Below, one piece after another: positions 1 through 9,204 of a DNA stretch of 64,000 nt. The stretch comes from Candidatus Cloacimonadota bacterium. GTDB taxonomy: Bacteria; Cloacimonadota; Cloacimonadia; G963667145. The position numbers and the translations under genes were made by a program. The notes beneath the pieces were generated by a model, which ran no database searches, was not told the origin of the DNA, and was given only the letters and a program-made list of their open reading frames with translations. The stretch spans positions 1,056,001-1,120,000 of the forward strand of contig OY781092.1 of assembly GCA_963676615.1 (NCBI GenBank), written 5' to 3'. Within the stretch, counting starts at the first letter, position 1. Each line of letters starts with the position of its first letter.

Positions 1-1
1 C

Positions 2-679
2 GAAAAGCAATCGTTGCAATTTTCTACGCCCGTGCAAAAACACACGCTCAAACCAATCAAAAAATCGACCGCACCCGAAAATATCCAATTCCGCTATCGC
101 CTCTTCTACCCCAAAAGCGGCGGTTTGCAACACCTGGGGCACCTAGATTTCATCAAACACCTCTACCGAATCGTGGTCAGCGACGACCTGCCGATAGTTT
201 TCACCAGCGGCTACAACAAAAAACCGAAGCTAAAATTTTGTCCACCGTTGCCGCTCGGAATCGAAGGACAAAACGAGTTTTTGGACATTTTTTTACGAGA
301 AGAGCTCCCAATAGAGCTTATTTATAACTCACTTAAAAATAACTACCTTATGCCAATTTTGGCGGTGCAAAAAGTTTCCAAACAATCTAACCCCACAAAC
401 GAAATCTACACAGTAACCAGCAAAAAAATCGTCTGCCAATCAGAAATCGACGCTTTTCTTGCGCAAGAAAACTTTTGCGTCCTAAACCGCAAAGAAAAGC
501 AAATCGACCTGCGAAAAGTGGTCTGCGACCTCACGCTATTGGCAGATAATCGCCTGCAAATCAGCAAAAAAATCGAGGGTGCTCCAATTCACCTGATTTT
601 AGCAAAAATCTTTCAGCTTGAGCCCACAAATATCCTAGAACTCGTCCGCACCAACTTCCTTTTTGCCGAAAAAAAGTAG
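2..679 (+). CDS. Radical SAM-linked protein (TIGR03936/DUF2344 domain), 5'-partial; probably the C-terminal domain of a longer or fused protein
   Basis: Motifs YRLFYPKSG..HLGHLD and FTSGYNKKPKLKFCPPLPLGIEG..EFLDI match DUF2344. The frame is open from the window start (gaa aag caa tcg ttg). Confidence 0.8.
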   Translation, partial: EKQSLQFSTPVQKHTLKPIKKSTAPENIQFRYRLFYPKSGGLQHLGHLDFIKHLYRIVVSDDLPIVFTSGYNKKPKLKFCPPLPLGIEGQNEFLDIFLREELPIELIYNSLKNNYLMPILAVQKVSKQSNPTNEIYTVTSKKIVCQSEIDAFLAQENFCVLNRKEKQIDLRKVVCDLTLLADNRLQISKKIEGAPIHLILAKIFQLEPTNILELVRTNFLFAEKK

Positions 680-832
680 AAAAATAGAATCTACGCCAAG
701 CAAACAACTATGCTGATTAAAAGTTGGCTTTTATCTGGGGACGGTGCCGTTTTTAGAGCTTGACACAAATAAGAAAATTTATCGAATTGTAAAAAAGAAT
801 AAAATGTTTGTATATAATACCAAATTATGAAG

Positions 833-840
833 GTTAGCTG
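833..840 (+). other. Putative integron-type core site (GTTAGCTG) at the start of the Avs cassette
   Basis: Exact reverse complement of CAGCTAAC at 5502-5509. Deviates from strict GTTRRRY at position 6. Confidence 0.5.
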
Positions 841-998
841 CAAGTAAAAAGAAAGAAACTGCAACATTGAAACCTGATTATAAAATTTGAAAAAACGGAT
901 AGAAAATATTGGCTCATTGATTGAAGGTTGGTGCAAGAAAAAATTAGTTTTTGCCCGCCCGCTTCTGCCCTTTGGGACAGTTGGGATTGCCTACGCAC

Positions 999-1060
999 AA
1001 ATAGCACATTTGGTTTTTCCCAACCCACAATCAAACCTTGAAAAACCAAAAGAGCTATTT
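999..1060 (+). repeat. Imperfect hairpin upstream of the Avs gene (21-bp arms, two A/A mismatches)
   Basis: aaatagcACAtttggtttttc (999-1019) pairs with gaaaaaccaaaAGAgctattt (1040-1060), 19/21. Confidence 0.8.
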
Positions 1061-1090
1061 TCTTGCCACCACTAAATGAATTATTAAGCA

Positions 1091-4000
1091 ATGAGTATAA
1101 ATTGGAACAACATAAGACCATTAGAAAATTCTCAGAATGAAGGATTTGAAGAATTAGTTTGTCAATTAGCAAGGAAAGAAGATATTCCAAATAGAAAAGA
1201 ATTCATTCGGAAAGGAAAACCAGATGCTGGAGTTGAATGTCTTTGGACTCTTAATAATGATGACGAATTTGCATGGCAAGCAAAATTTTTCACGAATAGT
1301 ATTGAGGAAAACCAATGGGCACAAATTGACAAATCAGTTAAAACGGTTCTTGACAAGCACCCTAATTTAAAAAAGTATTATATTGCGATTCCAAATGACC
1401 CACCAGATGCAAGGATTGAAGGGCAAACTTCAATGTTAGATAAGTGGAATTTAAGAGTTTCAAAATGGGAAGAATGGGCTGAAAATAAAGGGGTGAGAAT
1501 TGAATTTATTCCTTGGTGGAGTTCCGATTTAATTGAAAGATTACAAAAACCTGAAAATGTTGGCTTAACTTACTTTTGGTTTAATAAAGAGGAATTTACT
1601 GATAAGTGGTGTATTGAGCAATCTGAACTTTCTATTACTGATTTAGGCAAAAGGTATACACCAAAACTAAACATCCAATTAAAAATAGCTGAAATTTTTA
1701 ACGGAATATCGAGAGATGAAAAGTTTAAAAGACAGGTAATAAATCTCTTCGATGATTTACTGATTAAGGGTTCTAAAATTATTCCCAAAATAAAAGCTTT
1801 AGATTCCTACTCCTCAGAAATTCAAAAGGAATTAAAAGCAATTCATGCTTTGTTTGAAGCTATTAATTTTAAGGGGATTCAAACATTGCCTATCGACGCA
1901 TTTTTAGAATTACTTAAAAATACAAGTGAGATAGTATCTCATATTAAGAACTACTATTTAGATGAGGAGTCCAAGTTGCAAGTTAAACCTGATGATTATA
2001 GATATTATAAGAAATTTGGATATGAGATAAGCCATATAAGAGATTTTGAAGGCTCAATATATGAACTAACACGGTTCCTTGAGGGCACAACAATAAAACT
2101 AGCAAATCATCCATTTCTATTATTAGAAGGAGAAGCTGGCATAGGAAAATCACATTTATTAGCAGATATAATAAGTACACGTACTAAGAATAATCTAATT
2201 AGCCTTTTCTTTTTAGGTCAACATTTTGTTACAGATGAAGATCCTTGGACACAAATATTCAAAAAGAATGATATAAACTGTTCTGTAAATGAATTTCTAG
2301 GAGCACTTAACTCGAAAGCCCAAATTTCAGGACAACGGATAATTATATTTATTGATGCAGTTAATGAGGGACGCGGTAAATATTTTTGGGATAAGAATAT
2401 CAAAAGTTTTCTTTCGAAAATTAAAAAGTATGAATGGTTAGGTGTTGTAATTTCTATACGAACATCGTATTCTGAACTAATTTTTCCAGAAGATGAAATT
2501 AAAGAAGAAGATATTATTAGATATACACATTACGGGTTTAGAAATCGAGAGTATGAAGCAACAAAACTATTTTTCAACAATTACAGCATAGAGCTGCCTA
2601 GTATTCCCTTGTTGCATCCAGAGTTTCAAAACCCCTTATTCCTATTACTATTCTGTGAAGGTTTAAATAAAGCTGGTTACACTAGAATTCCTGATGGTTT
2701 ACAAGGTATAACAGCTATATTTGATTTTTTCCTCAATAGCGTTAATGATATTCTTTCAAAACCAACTCGATTAGATTATTCGAAAAGCATAAACGTTGTT
2801 AGAAAAGCAATAGAATCTTTAATTACATACAAGATTGAAAATCAATTAAGATACGTTTCATATGAGCAAGCATTTATTTTAGTTAATAAAATATCACAAG
2901 AATTTAGTACGAAAAGAGGTTTGCTTGATGAATTAGTATCTGAAGGAATACTTTCTAAAAACTTGTTTTGGAATCCTGAAAAACAATATGAAGAAGGAGT
3001 TTATTTAGCCTATGAACGTTTTGAAGACCATCTAACATCGACGTACATTTTAAATACAAACCCTGAGTTAGAAGAAGCCTTTAAAGAAGATGGAAATCTT
3101 TACCACTTAGTTAAGGATGAACATTCTTGCCATATAAATAAAGGAGTAATCGAAGCTCTTACAATTCAACTTCCTGAAAAAACTGGAAAAGAATTTTATG
3201 AATATGTTCCTCATGTAAAGGATAGTTACCCTATTATTGAATGTTTTGTGCAAAGTTTACTATGGCGTAAAACTGAAACAATATCTGAAAAACTCGTTGA
3301 TTATGTAAATTCTAATGTTTTCACATATCAAGATACTTATGATTTGTTTTGGGATACAATTTTATCTATAACATCTATTCCTAACCATTATTTTAACGCT
3401 TATTCATTGCATAAAAAACTTATGGGAGTCAGTTTACCAAAGAGGGATGCTTGGTGGACAATTTACCTTAAACAGCAATTTTATGATGAATCAGCAGTTA
3501 AGAGACTTATTGATTGGGCTTGGAATACTCATGATAAAAGCCATATTTCTGATGAATCAGTAAAGTTGGCTTCAATAACCTTATCTTGGTTTTATACAAG
3601 TACGAATAGAAAACTACGAGATTCTGCGACTAAAGCCTTAATTTGTCTTTTGGAAAATCGAATTCATGTTTTAATTGAGTTACTTAAGAAATTCGAAAAT
3701 GTAAACGACCCTTATGTTTATGAAAGGTTATTTGCAGTTGCATATGGCTGTTCTGTAAGAACTAAACAAACAGACAAACTAAGTGAGCTTAGCAACTATA
3801 TATACGAAACCATATTCAAAGATAAAGTGGAGGTTTATCCTCATATTCTTTTAAGAGATTATGCAAGAGGAGTAATTGAATTTACTTCTTATCTTGGTTA
3901 TGATTTAGATTTTGATATTTCAGAATCAAGACCTCCATATAAAAGTTCTTTTACCAATAATTTTCCAACAAATGAGGAAATTGAAGAGTTATATGAACCC

Positions 4001-5320
4001 AAAAATGAAGAAGGGCATTACGGCAGAGAGAAATGGGGTAATACCGCATTACTTATGTCAATGGGAACGGAACATGGGCGAAGAATGTATGGAGACTTTG
4101 GTAGATATGTTTTTCAAAGTGCATTAGGAAGTTGGGATTTAGATCCTAATGGTTTAAGTAATTTAGCTATTAAGTGGATTTTTGAAAAATATGGCTATGA
4201 TTCAAAATTGTTTAATGATTTTGACTTAAAAATTGGAACAGGACGAGTAAGAAATACTATTCCCCACGAACGGATTGGCAAGAAATACCAATGGATTGCA
4301 CTTCATGAAATGCTGGCAAGAGTTTCTGACAATTGCCAAAAATACGCAGATTGGAGTTATAGACATGAGGAGGAAGAAGACTACCAAGGTCCGTGGATTC
4401 CCAATGTTAGAGATATTGACCCTACAATGCTAATAAATAAAACTGGAAGTTATGATGAGGAAGAACCTAATGACTTCTGGTGGTCACAGGTTAAATATGC
4501 GAATTGGGAATTAGATAATAAGGAATGGGCAAAATTGAGTGAAGACCTTCCATGTTCAAAGGAACTAATAAATGTTGCCGACAAAAATAATGAGGAATGG
4601 CTCATACTTGAAGGTCATCCTGAGTGGGCAGAATCAAAGAAAGTTGGAGATGAGAAATGGGATAAACCTCATAAAAGAATGTGGTATCAAGTTAGAAGTT
4701 ATTTAATTGAAGAAGCTGACTATGATAAAATCAAAGATTGGTCTTTAAATCAAGATTTTATGGGACGATGGATGCCAGAAAGTTCGAGTAGATATGAAGT
4801 ATTTAGTAGAGAATATTATTGGTCGCCTGCTTACAATTATTTTAACAACAAGGAGTATTACGATGGAATGGAACTTCGAAAAGTACATGATAATATAACT
4901 GGTGAATATATCAGTGATGCTATTTTAACTACAAATGACTTTTTATGGGAAGAAGAATTTGATAAGTCTAAAGAAGATACTATTAGCTTTCTTAAACCGT
5001 CAAAACATATCTATGAAAACATGAAGTTGGTGTTTTCTAAGAAAGAAGGTGAATTTATTGACGAGAAAGGTGAGACTATATGTTTTGCACCTTCTGTACA
5101 TTTTGATTCTAAATCTTATCTATTAATTAAGAAAGAGCCATTTCTTAAGTTCTTAAAAGAAAGTAAACTAAGAATACTTTGGACAGTTTTAGGTGAGAAA
5201 AATATAATTGGAGGTCATTCAAACAGAGATGTTTTTTATGACAGGTTAGAAATAAGTGGAGCATATTATTTAAATGAAAGTAATGAGGTTGAAGGAAATA
5301 TTAATACGAAAATTACCTAG
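1091..5320 (+). CDS. avs2: AVAST type 2-like anti-phage STAND NTPase (Avs2) with N-terminal Mrr/PD-(D/E)xK-like nuclease
   Basis: 1409 aa. N-terminal FEELVCQL..PDAGVE..WQAKFF, Walker A GEAGIGKS, Walker B IIFIDAVNE. The C-terminal motifs LRDSATKAL, NDPYVYERLFAVAYG, HILLRDYARG and ERIGKKYQWIA are recalled from Avs2-like proteins; the subtype was not HMM-verified. Confidence 0.75.
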   Translation: MSINWNNIRPLENSQNEGFEELVCQLARKEDIPNRKEFIRKGKPDAGVECLWTLNNDDEFAWQAKFFTNSIEENQWAQIDKSVKTVLDKHPNLKKYYIAIPNDPPDARIEGQTSMLDKWNLRVSKWEEWAENKGVRIEFIPWWSSDLIERLQKPENVGLTYFWFNKEEFTDKWCIEQSELSITDLGKRYTPKLNIQLKIAEIFNGISRDEKFKRQVINLFDDLLIKGSKIIPKIKALDSYSSEIQKELKAIHALFEAINFKGIQTLPIDAFLELLKNTSEIVSHIKNYYLDEESKLQVKPDDYRYYKKFGYEISHIRDFEGSIYELTRFLEGTTIKLANHPFLLLEGEAGIGKSHLLADIISTRTKNNLISLFFLGQHFVTDEDPWTQIFKKNDINCSVNEFLGALNSKAQISGQRIIIFIDAVNEGRGKYFWDKNIKSFLSKIKKYEWLGVVISIRTSYSELIFPEDEIKEEDIIRYTHYGFRNREYEATKLFFNNYSIELPSIPLLHPEFQNPLFLLLFCEGLNKAGYTRIPDGLQGITAIFDFFLNSVNDILSKPTRLDYSKSINVVRKAIESLITYKIENQLRYVSYEQAFILVNKISQEFSTKRGLLDELVSEGILSKNLFWNPEKQYEEGVYLAYERFEDHLTSTYILNTNPELEEAFKEDGNLYHLVKDEHSCHINKGVIEALTIQLPEKTGKEFYEYVPHVKDSYPIIECFVQSLLWRKTETISEKLVDYVNSNVFTYQDTYDLFWDTILSITSIPNHYFNAYSLHKKLMGVSLPKRDAWWTIYLKQQFYDESAVKRLIDWAWNTHDKSHISDESVKLASITLSWFYTSTNRKLRDSATKALICLLENRIHVLIELLKKFENVNDPYVYERLFAVAYGCSVRTKQTDKLSELSNYIYETIFKDKVEVYPHILLRDYARGVIEFTSYLGYDLDFDISESRPPYKSSFTNNFPTNEEIEELYEPKNEEGHYGREKWGNTALLMSMGTEHGRRMYGDFGRYVFQSALGSWDLDPNGLSNLAIKWIFEKYGYDSKLFNDFDLKIGTGRVRNTIPHERIGKKYQWIALHEMLARVSDNCQKYADWSYRHEEEEDYQGPWIPNVRDIDPTMLINKTGSYDEEEPNDFWWSQVKYANWELDNKEWAKLSEDLPCSKELINVADKNNEEWLILEGHPEWAESKKVGDEKWDKPHKRMWYQVRSYLIEEADYDKIKDWSLNQDFMGRWMPESSSRYEVFSREYYWSPAYNYFNNKEYYDGMELRKVHDNITGEYISDAILTTNDFLWEEEFDKSKEDTISFLKPSKHIYENMKLVFSKKEGEFIDEKGETICFAPSVHFDSKSYLLIKKEPFLKFLKESKLRILWTVLGEKNIIGGHSNRDVFYDRLEISGAYYLNESNEVEGNINTKIT

Positions 5321-5326
5321 CGCTAC

Positions 5327-5398
5327 AAAGCCATACACATTGTCAAGTCGCTCTAAAATGCCCTCGCACAACCAAAACTTGTCAAAGAGTATGTCTTT
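5327..5398 (+). repeat. Imperfect hairpin directly after the Avs stop codon, related to the 999-1060 hairpin
   Basis: catacACAttgtcaagt (5332-5348) pairs with acttgtcaaAGAgtatg (5377-5393). It has the same CACATT/AAAGAG mismatch signature and is likewise followed by ttgcca. Confidence 0.75.
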
Positions 5399-5501
5399 TG
5401 CCAACCCTAAAAACTAATTTTTTCGGGAAAAGCAGTGCTTCAATTGAGCAGATATGTGTTTGTAAAAAAATGATAATTAACTGATAATGAATAAACACCA
5501 A

Positions 5502-5590
5502 CAGCTAACAATAAATATATGTAATGCGGGGTGATGAGCATAAATTTAACTTTAGTACATTTACTAAAAGTTATCTTGGTTTGATAATAA
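5502..5590 (+). other. Putative attC-like site, left half and apex only (truncated by IS end at 5591)
   Basis: Inverse core CAGCTAAC (5502-5509). Apical hairpin taactttagta (5547-5557)/tactaaaagtta (5562-5573). No matching right arm before the IS end. Confidence 0.45.
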
Positions 5591-5638
5591 GGCACCGCCC
5601 AAAAAAGTGTGTCTAATCTCCAATTTGGTTTCCGTTTT
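5591..5638 (-). mobile_element. Isolated right end (IRR) of the IS256-family element
   Basis: ggcaccgcccaaaaaagtgtgtctaatctccaatttggtttcc is nearly identical to the reverse complement of the last ~45 bp of the element ending at 12101. Confidence 0.9.
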
Positions 5639-6265
5639 CCGATTTGAATCCGTCTAAATTTTTCAATTTTCGATTTAACTGTCTATTAAAATTTTCGATT
5701 TGATTCGTGTTTGTATCCAAAAATTTGTATCGAAAATGTGCCGTCAATATCTCAAAATTTCGATTAATCGATTTTATAAATCGCTTATGAATTTTTAGAC
5801 GAAAAAATTTTTAAAAATGGTTCAAAATAGCTAAATTCTCTTTGGCAAACTCCAAATTTTCTGCCAGTAAAATTTACTCTTTTTGGTCTTCGGAATAAAC
5901 ATATTCATATGCCGCAAAAAATGCACTATGCAAATTTGATGCGGCGTTTTAGGAAAAATCATTTTTGAAGGTTTTACAAAACATCTACCTCTTCCAAAAT
6001 CAGAAACAATGCCGCTTATATTGTTGCCATACAAGAAGTTAAGCTTCCTTAGAAAATCTTCGCTCGAGCCTTTATTTTCGCCGTCATAAATTTTGTAAAA
6101 AATCGGTTTTCGCAATTTTTTACTTGTTGCAATTAAAATTGACTTTCGTTTCCCTTTGACTTTGATCTCTTTTCCATCAATGTAAATTACCGTTTTTTCT
6201 ATCTTCTCAAAAATAATATTTTCGGGATAAAAGCGAGCAACTTTTGGCAACCAATTCAAAATTGT
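5613..6265 (-). pseudogene. Degraded DDE transposase of a second, divergent IS256/Mutator-like family
   Basis: IYIDG, IVSDFG and HQICIVHFLR lie in the 5831-6265 frame. After a frameshift near 5860 and an in-frame TAA, another frame reads ..DTNTNQIENFNRQLNRKLKNLDGFKSE (catalytic E motif). The 5' end is missing. Confidence 0.8.
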
Positions 6266-6546
6266 GGCACCGCCCAAAAAAGTGTGTCTAATCTCCAATT
6301 TGGTTTCCATTTTCTTAACTTTCTGGGAACAAAATTTTGTCAAATTTAAATTGATAAATCGGATAATTCAGATATTTATCGACCTTGTCCATCGCGACCT
6401 TGCTCAGCAGCAGTAGCACAGACTCATCGCTGGGCATCGAGTTTCTGATTTTCAAAACTTTCCGAAACTGTTTATTCAAATTTTCGATCCAATTTGTGGT
6501 GTAAATCAGCCGCTGAATCCTGTGGTCAAACTCCAAAAAAGTGGAA
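6266..6546 (-). mobile_element. 3' fragment (~280 bp, with IRR) of the IS256-family element
   Basis: Near-identical to the reverse complement of ~11821-12101. Encodes the same C-terminal peptide TFLEFDHRIQRLIYTTNWIENLN...LFPES. Confidence 0.95.
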
Positions 6547-6563
6547 GGCACCGCCCAAAAAAG
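6547..6563 (-). mobile_element. Third, 17-bp IS256 terminal-repeat stub
   Basis: ggcaccgcccaaaaaag is identical to the starts at 5591 and 6266, then diverges. Confidence 0.75.
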
Positions 6564-6592
6564 CCTCTTCAGGTCAACGCCAAAAGAGACTT
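6560..6592 (-). terminator. Possible intrinsic terminator after infB
   Basis: aaagcctctt / aagagacttt inverted repeat (9/10), about 20 bp past the infB stop, with a T-run following on the minus strand. Confidence 0.4.
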
Positions 6593-6610
6593 TAACTTAT
6601 ATCTTCAAAA

Positions 6611-8965
6611 TTACTGGATTCTGCGTTCTTTTTCCTCTTTGGAGAAAGTCTCGATAACATCGCCCTCTTTGAGGTCGTTAAAGTCCTCGATGCTCAGCCC
6701 GCAATCGGTGCCCGCTTTCACCTCTTTCACTTCGTCCTTATAGTGCTTCAAGCTCGAGAGTTGTCCCTCGTAAATCTGAATATCGTCGCGGTAGAGGCGA
6801 ACCAACGCATCGGAGCGCACTGCGCCTTTTTCCACAACACAACCAGCGATTGTGCCCACACCTTTGATTTTAAACACCTTTTTCAGCCTCGCCATACCTC
6901 CGGCAACCTCAATCACCTCTGGCGAAAGCAAACCAGACATCGCATCTTTCAGGTCGTCAATCGCGTCGTAGATGACGGTGTAGAGCCGAATTTGCACATT
7001 CTCGTTGTCCGCCAAAAGTTTCGCCTCGTTGCTGGCGCGCACATGAAATCCGACGATAATCGCATCCGACGCCGAAGCCAGCGAAACATCCGTCTCCAGC
7101 ACTCCGCCAACAGCCGCGTGAATAATCCTTACCTCCACCTCGTCTGTCGAAAGTTTTTGGAAAGAGTCTTTCAGCGCCTCGATAGAACCGTCGCTGTCCG
7201 CCTTTATCAAAAGATTTATCTTATGCAAATTTTCTTGATTTATCCGCTTGAAAAGGTTGCTCATATTTGTGTGCGTCATAAAACCTTTTTGCTTTTTGCG
7301 CATATAAAGCCGCTCTTGCGCAATCTGAGACGCCAGCTTTTCGCTATCCATTTTATTCAAAACATCGCCCGCTTTGCTCACATCTTTAAGACCATAAATC
7401 ACAGCCACACCAGAGGGCTTAAGCTGTTTGACCTGCTTGCCGCTCTCGTCCAGCATCTTTCGCACTCTGCCATAAGTCGAGCCACAAACGATAATATCGC
7501 CCTTGCTCAAAGTTCCCTCTTGCACCAAAATCGTCGTCTTCGTGCCCACTTGCGGATCTCTTTGCGCCTCGATAACCACACCTTTGGCGTTGCAATCAAC
7601 CTTCGCCTGCAGCTCCTTCATCTGAGCCACCAAAGCCACAGAATCCAAAAGCTCATCAATGCCATCGCCAGTCTTTGCCGAACATTTCACCCAAACAACA
7701 TCGCCGCCGTAGCCTTCCAGAAAAAGATTTTGCTTCGCCAAATCGCCAATCGTCTTATCAACATTCGCCTCTGGCAAATCCATCTTGTTAATCGCAACCA
7801 CAATCTCCACGCCAGCTGCCCTTGCGTGATCGATCGCCTCCACCGTTTGCGGCTTTACGCTATCGTTGGCAGCCACCACAATAATCACCACATCGGTAAC
7901 ATTCGCGCCTCTTGCCCGCATCGCCGTAAAGGCCTCGTGTCCTGGAGTATCCAAAAAAGTAATCAGCCCCTTGCTCGAAGAAACTTGATACGCACCAATA
8001 TGCTGCGTAATCCCACCAGACTCGCCCGCTGTCACTTTCGTTTTGCGGATATAGTCCAAAATCGAAGTCTTGCCGTGGTCAACATGCCCCATCACCGTCA
8101 CTATCGGCGGACGCGACTCCAGCGGCACATCGGCAGACTCCACAGCCGTCTCCTGCTCGATCAGCTCCGCGCCATACTCCTCTTCAAACTCCACCTCAAA
8201 ATTGAACTCCGAACAGATAAACTCCAGAGTATCCTTGTCCAAACGCTGATTGATCGTCGCCATCTGCCCTTGTTTAAAAAGGTGCGAGATAATCTCCGAC
8301 GGCTCAATATCCATCAATTTGGAAAGCTCAGCCACCGAAGTAAACTCGCTCACCGTAATCTTAGAGGTCTCGCCGTCAACCCGCTTCGCCTCTTTCTTAT
8401 ACTTCTTCTTTTTGGCAGGACCTACCAGCACCTGCTTGATGCTCTTAGCGATTTCCTCGTCCTTCTTCCGCTTCTTCGACTTGCTATAATTTTTGTTAAC
8501 AGCACCGCTCTCTTTGTTATCCGTAAAAACTCGCTTCTTCTTCGACTTGCTCTTATAAGCAGCCTCGTCCACGCTGACATTCTCGTTTCTGCTGGTTGTT
8601 TGCGGCTTCCCGCTGTAACCGCTAGACGACTTCGTTTTGTCCAACTTCTCGGACGAACTCCATTGCCCATACGACTTCCGCCGCTGACCAGAATGCGCTC
8701 TGCCTGCGCCATCGCCGCCAGATCTGCCAGAATCGCGATCTCCACCACGCGGAGCTCTGCCCTGATGAATCTTCTTCGCCTTTTTTTGAGTATCTTTGAT
8801 ATTCGACATCGTCTGCTGCACAAACTGCTTAACCTTTTGCGCCTGCTCATCGCTAACCTCACTCAAATGAGACTTCACCTCCACTCCAACAATCTTCAAA
8901 TAAGATTTCAAAGCAGCCGAGGCAATCTTCATCTCCTTAGCCAAATCTTTCACTTTTATACTCAA
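6611..8965 (-). CDS. infB: Translation initiation factor IF-2
   Basis: [26 protein letters not shown] and INKMD motifs. TTG start with GGAGG RBS. Confidence 0.98.
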   Translation of the reverse strand: MSIKVKDLAKEMKIASAALKSYLKIVGVEVKSHLSEVSDEQAQKVKQFVQQTMSNIKDTQKKAKKIHQGRAPRGGDRDSGRSGGDGAGRAHSGQRRKSYGQWSSSEKLDKTKSSSGYSGKPQTTSRNENVSVDEAAYKSKSKKKRVFTDNKESGAVNKNYSKSKKRKKDEEIAKSIKQVLVGPAKKKKYKKEAKRVDGETSKITVSEFTSVAELSKLMDIEPSEIISHLFKQGQMATINQRLDKDTLEFICSEFNFEVEFEEEYGAELIEQETAVESADVPLESRPPIVTVMGHVDHGKTSILDYIRKTKVTAGESGGITQHIGAYQVSSSKGLITFLDTPGHEAFTAMRARGANVTDVVIIVVAANDSVKPQTVEAIDHARAAGVEIVVAINKMDLPEANVDKTIGDLAKQNLFLEGYGGDVVWVKCSAKTGDGIDELLDSVALVAQMKELQAKVDCNAKGVVIEAQRDPQVGTKTTILVQEGTLSKGDIIVCGSTYGRVRKMLDESGKQVKQLKPSGVAVIYGLKDVSKAGDVLNKMDSEKLASQIAQERLYMRKKQKGFMTHTNMSNLFKRINQENLHKINLLIKADSDGSIEALKDSFQKLSTDEVEVRIIHAAVGGVLETDVSLASASDAIIVGFHVRASNEAKLLADNENVQIRLYTVIYDAIDDLKDAMSGLLSPEVIEVAGGMARLKKVFKIKGVGTIAGCVVEKGAVRSDALVRLYRDDIQIYEGQLSSLKHYKDEVKEVKAGTDCGLSIEDFNDLKEGDVIETFSKEEKERRIQ

Positions 8966-8996
8966 AATTCCTCCATAGCCATCAAAAACCGACAGC

Positions 8997-9188
8997 TCAA
9001 AACTTTTTTAATCTCTTGTCCAGCAAATCCAAACACCCTCCACACACATACAACCCTCTGCCAAACACTCTTTTTTTCGCATCAAAAACTGGCCTTCTCT
9101 CCAACAAAACAAACCGCAAAAGCTCCCACTGCTTCCGCCTTGTCCTGCACACCACACAAGTTCGCAGCCGCTTTATCTTCATCGCCAC
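8997..9188 (-). CDS. ylxR: YlxR/DUF448 family RNA-binding protein
   Basis: RTCVVCR..ELLRFV..GRGLYVC motif. Conserved position between nusA and infB. Confidence 0.85.
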   Translation of the reverse strand: MAMKIKRLRTCVVCRTRRKQWELLRFVLLERRPVFDAKKRVFGRGLYVCGGCLDLLDKRLKKF

Positions 9189-9204
9189 TCACTTCTCTAG
9201 CCCC

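Noticed and set aside
739..748. ggacggtgcc, identical to the last 10 bp of the IS256 right end
   Set aside because: Only 10 bp with no further similarity. It could be a scar but cannot be distinguished from chance.
887..1075. 62-aa ORF upstream of the Avs gene as a partner gene
   Set aside because: TTG start, no clear RBS, and it runs across the inverted repeat and hairpin; more likely non-coding.
5640..5790. Recurring aattttcgatt-like motifs suggesting a repeat array or CRISPR
   Set aside because: Irregular spacing; explained as coding sequence of the transposase remnant on the minus strand. No CRISPR array or cas gene was seen in the window.
5831..6343. 170-aa ORF as an intact gene
   Set aside because: Chimeric: its first ~26 codons are the IS256 end read in another frame (same peptide as ORF 12024-12320).
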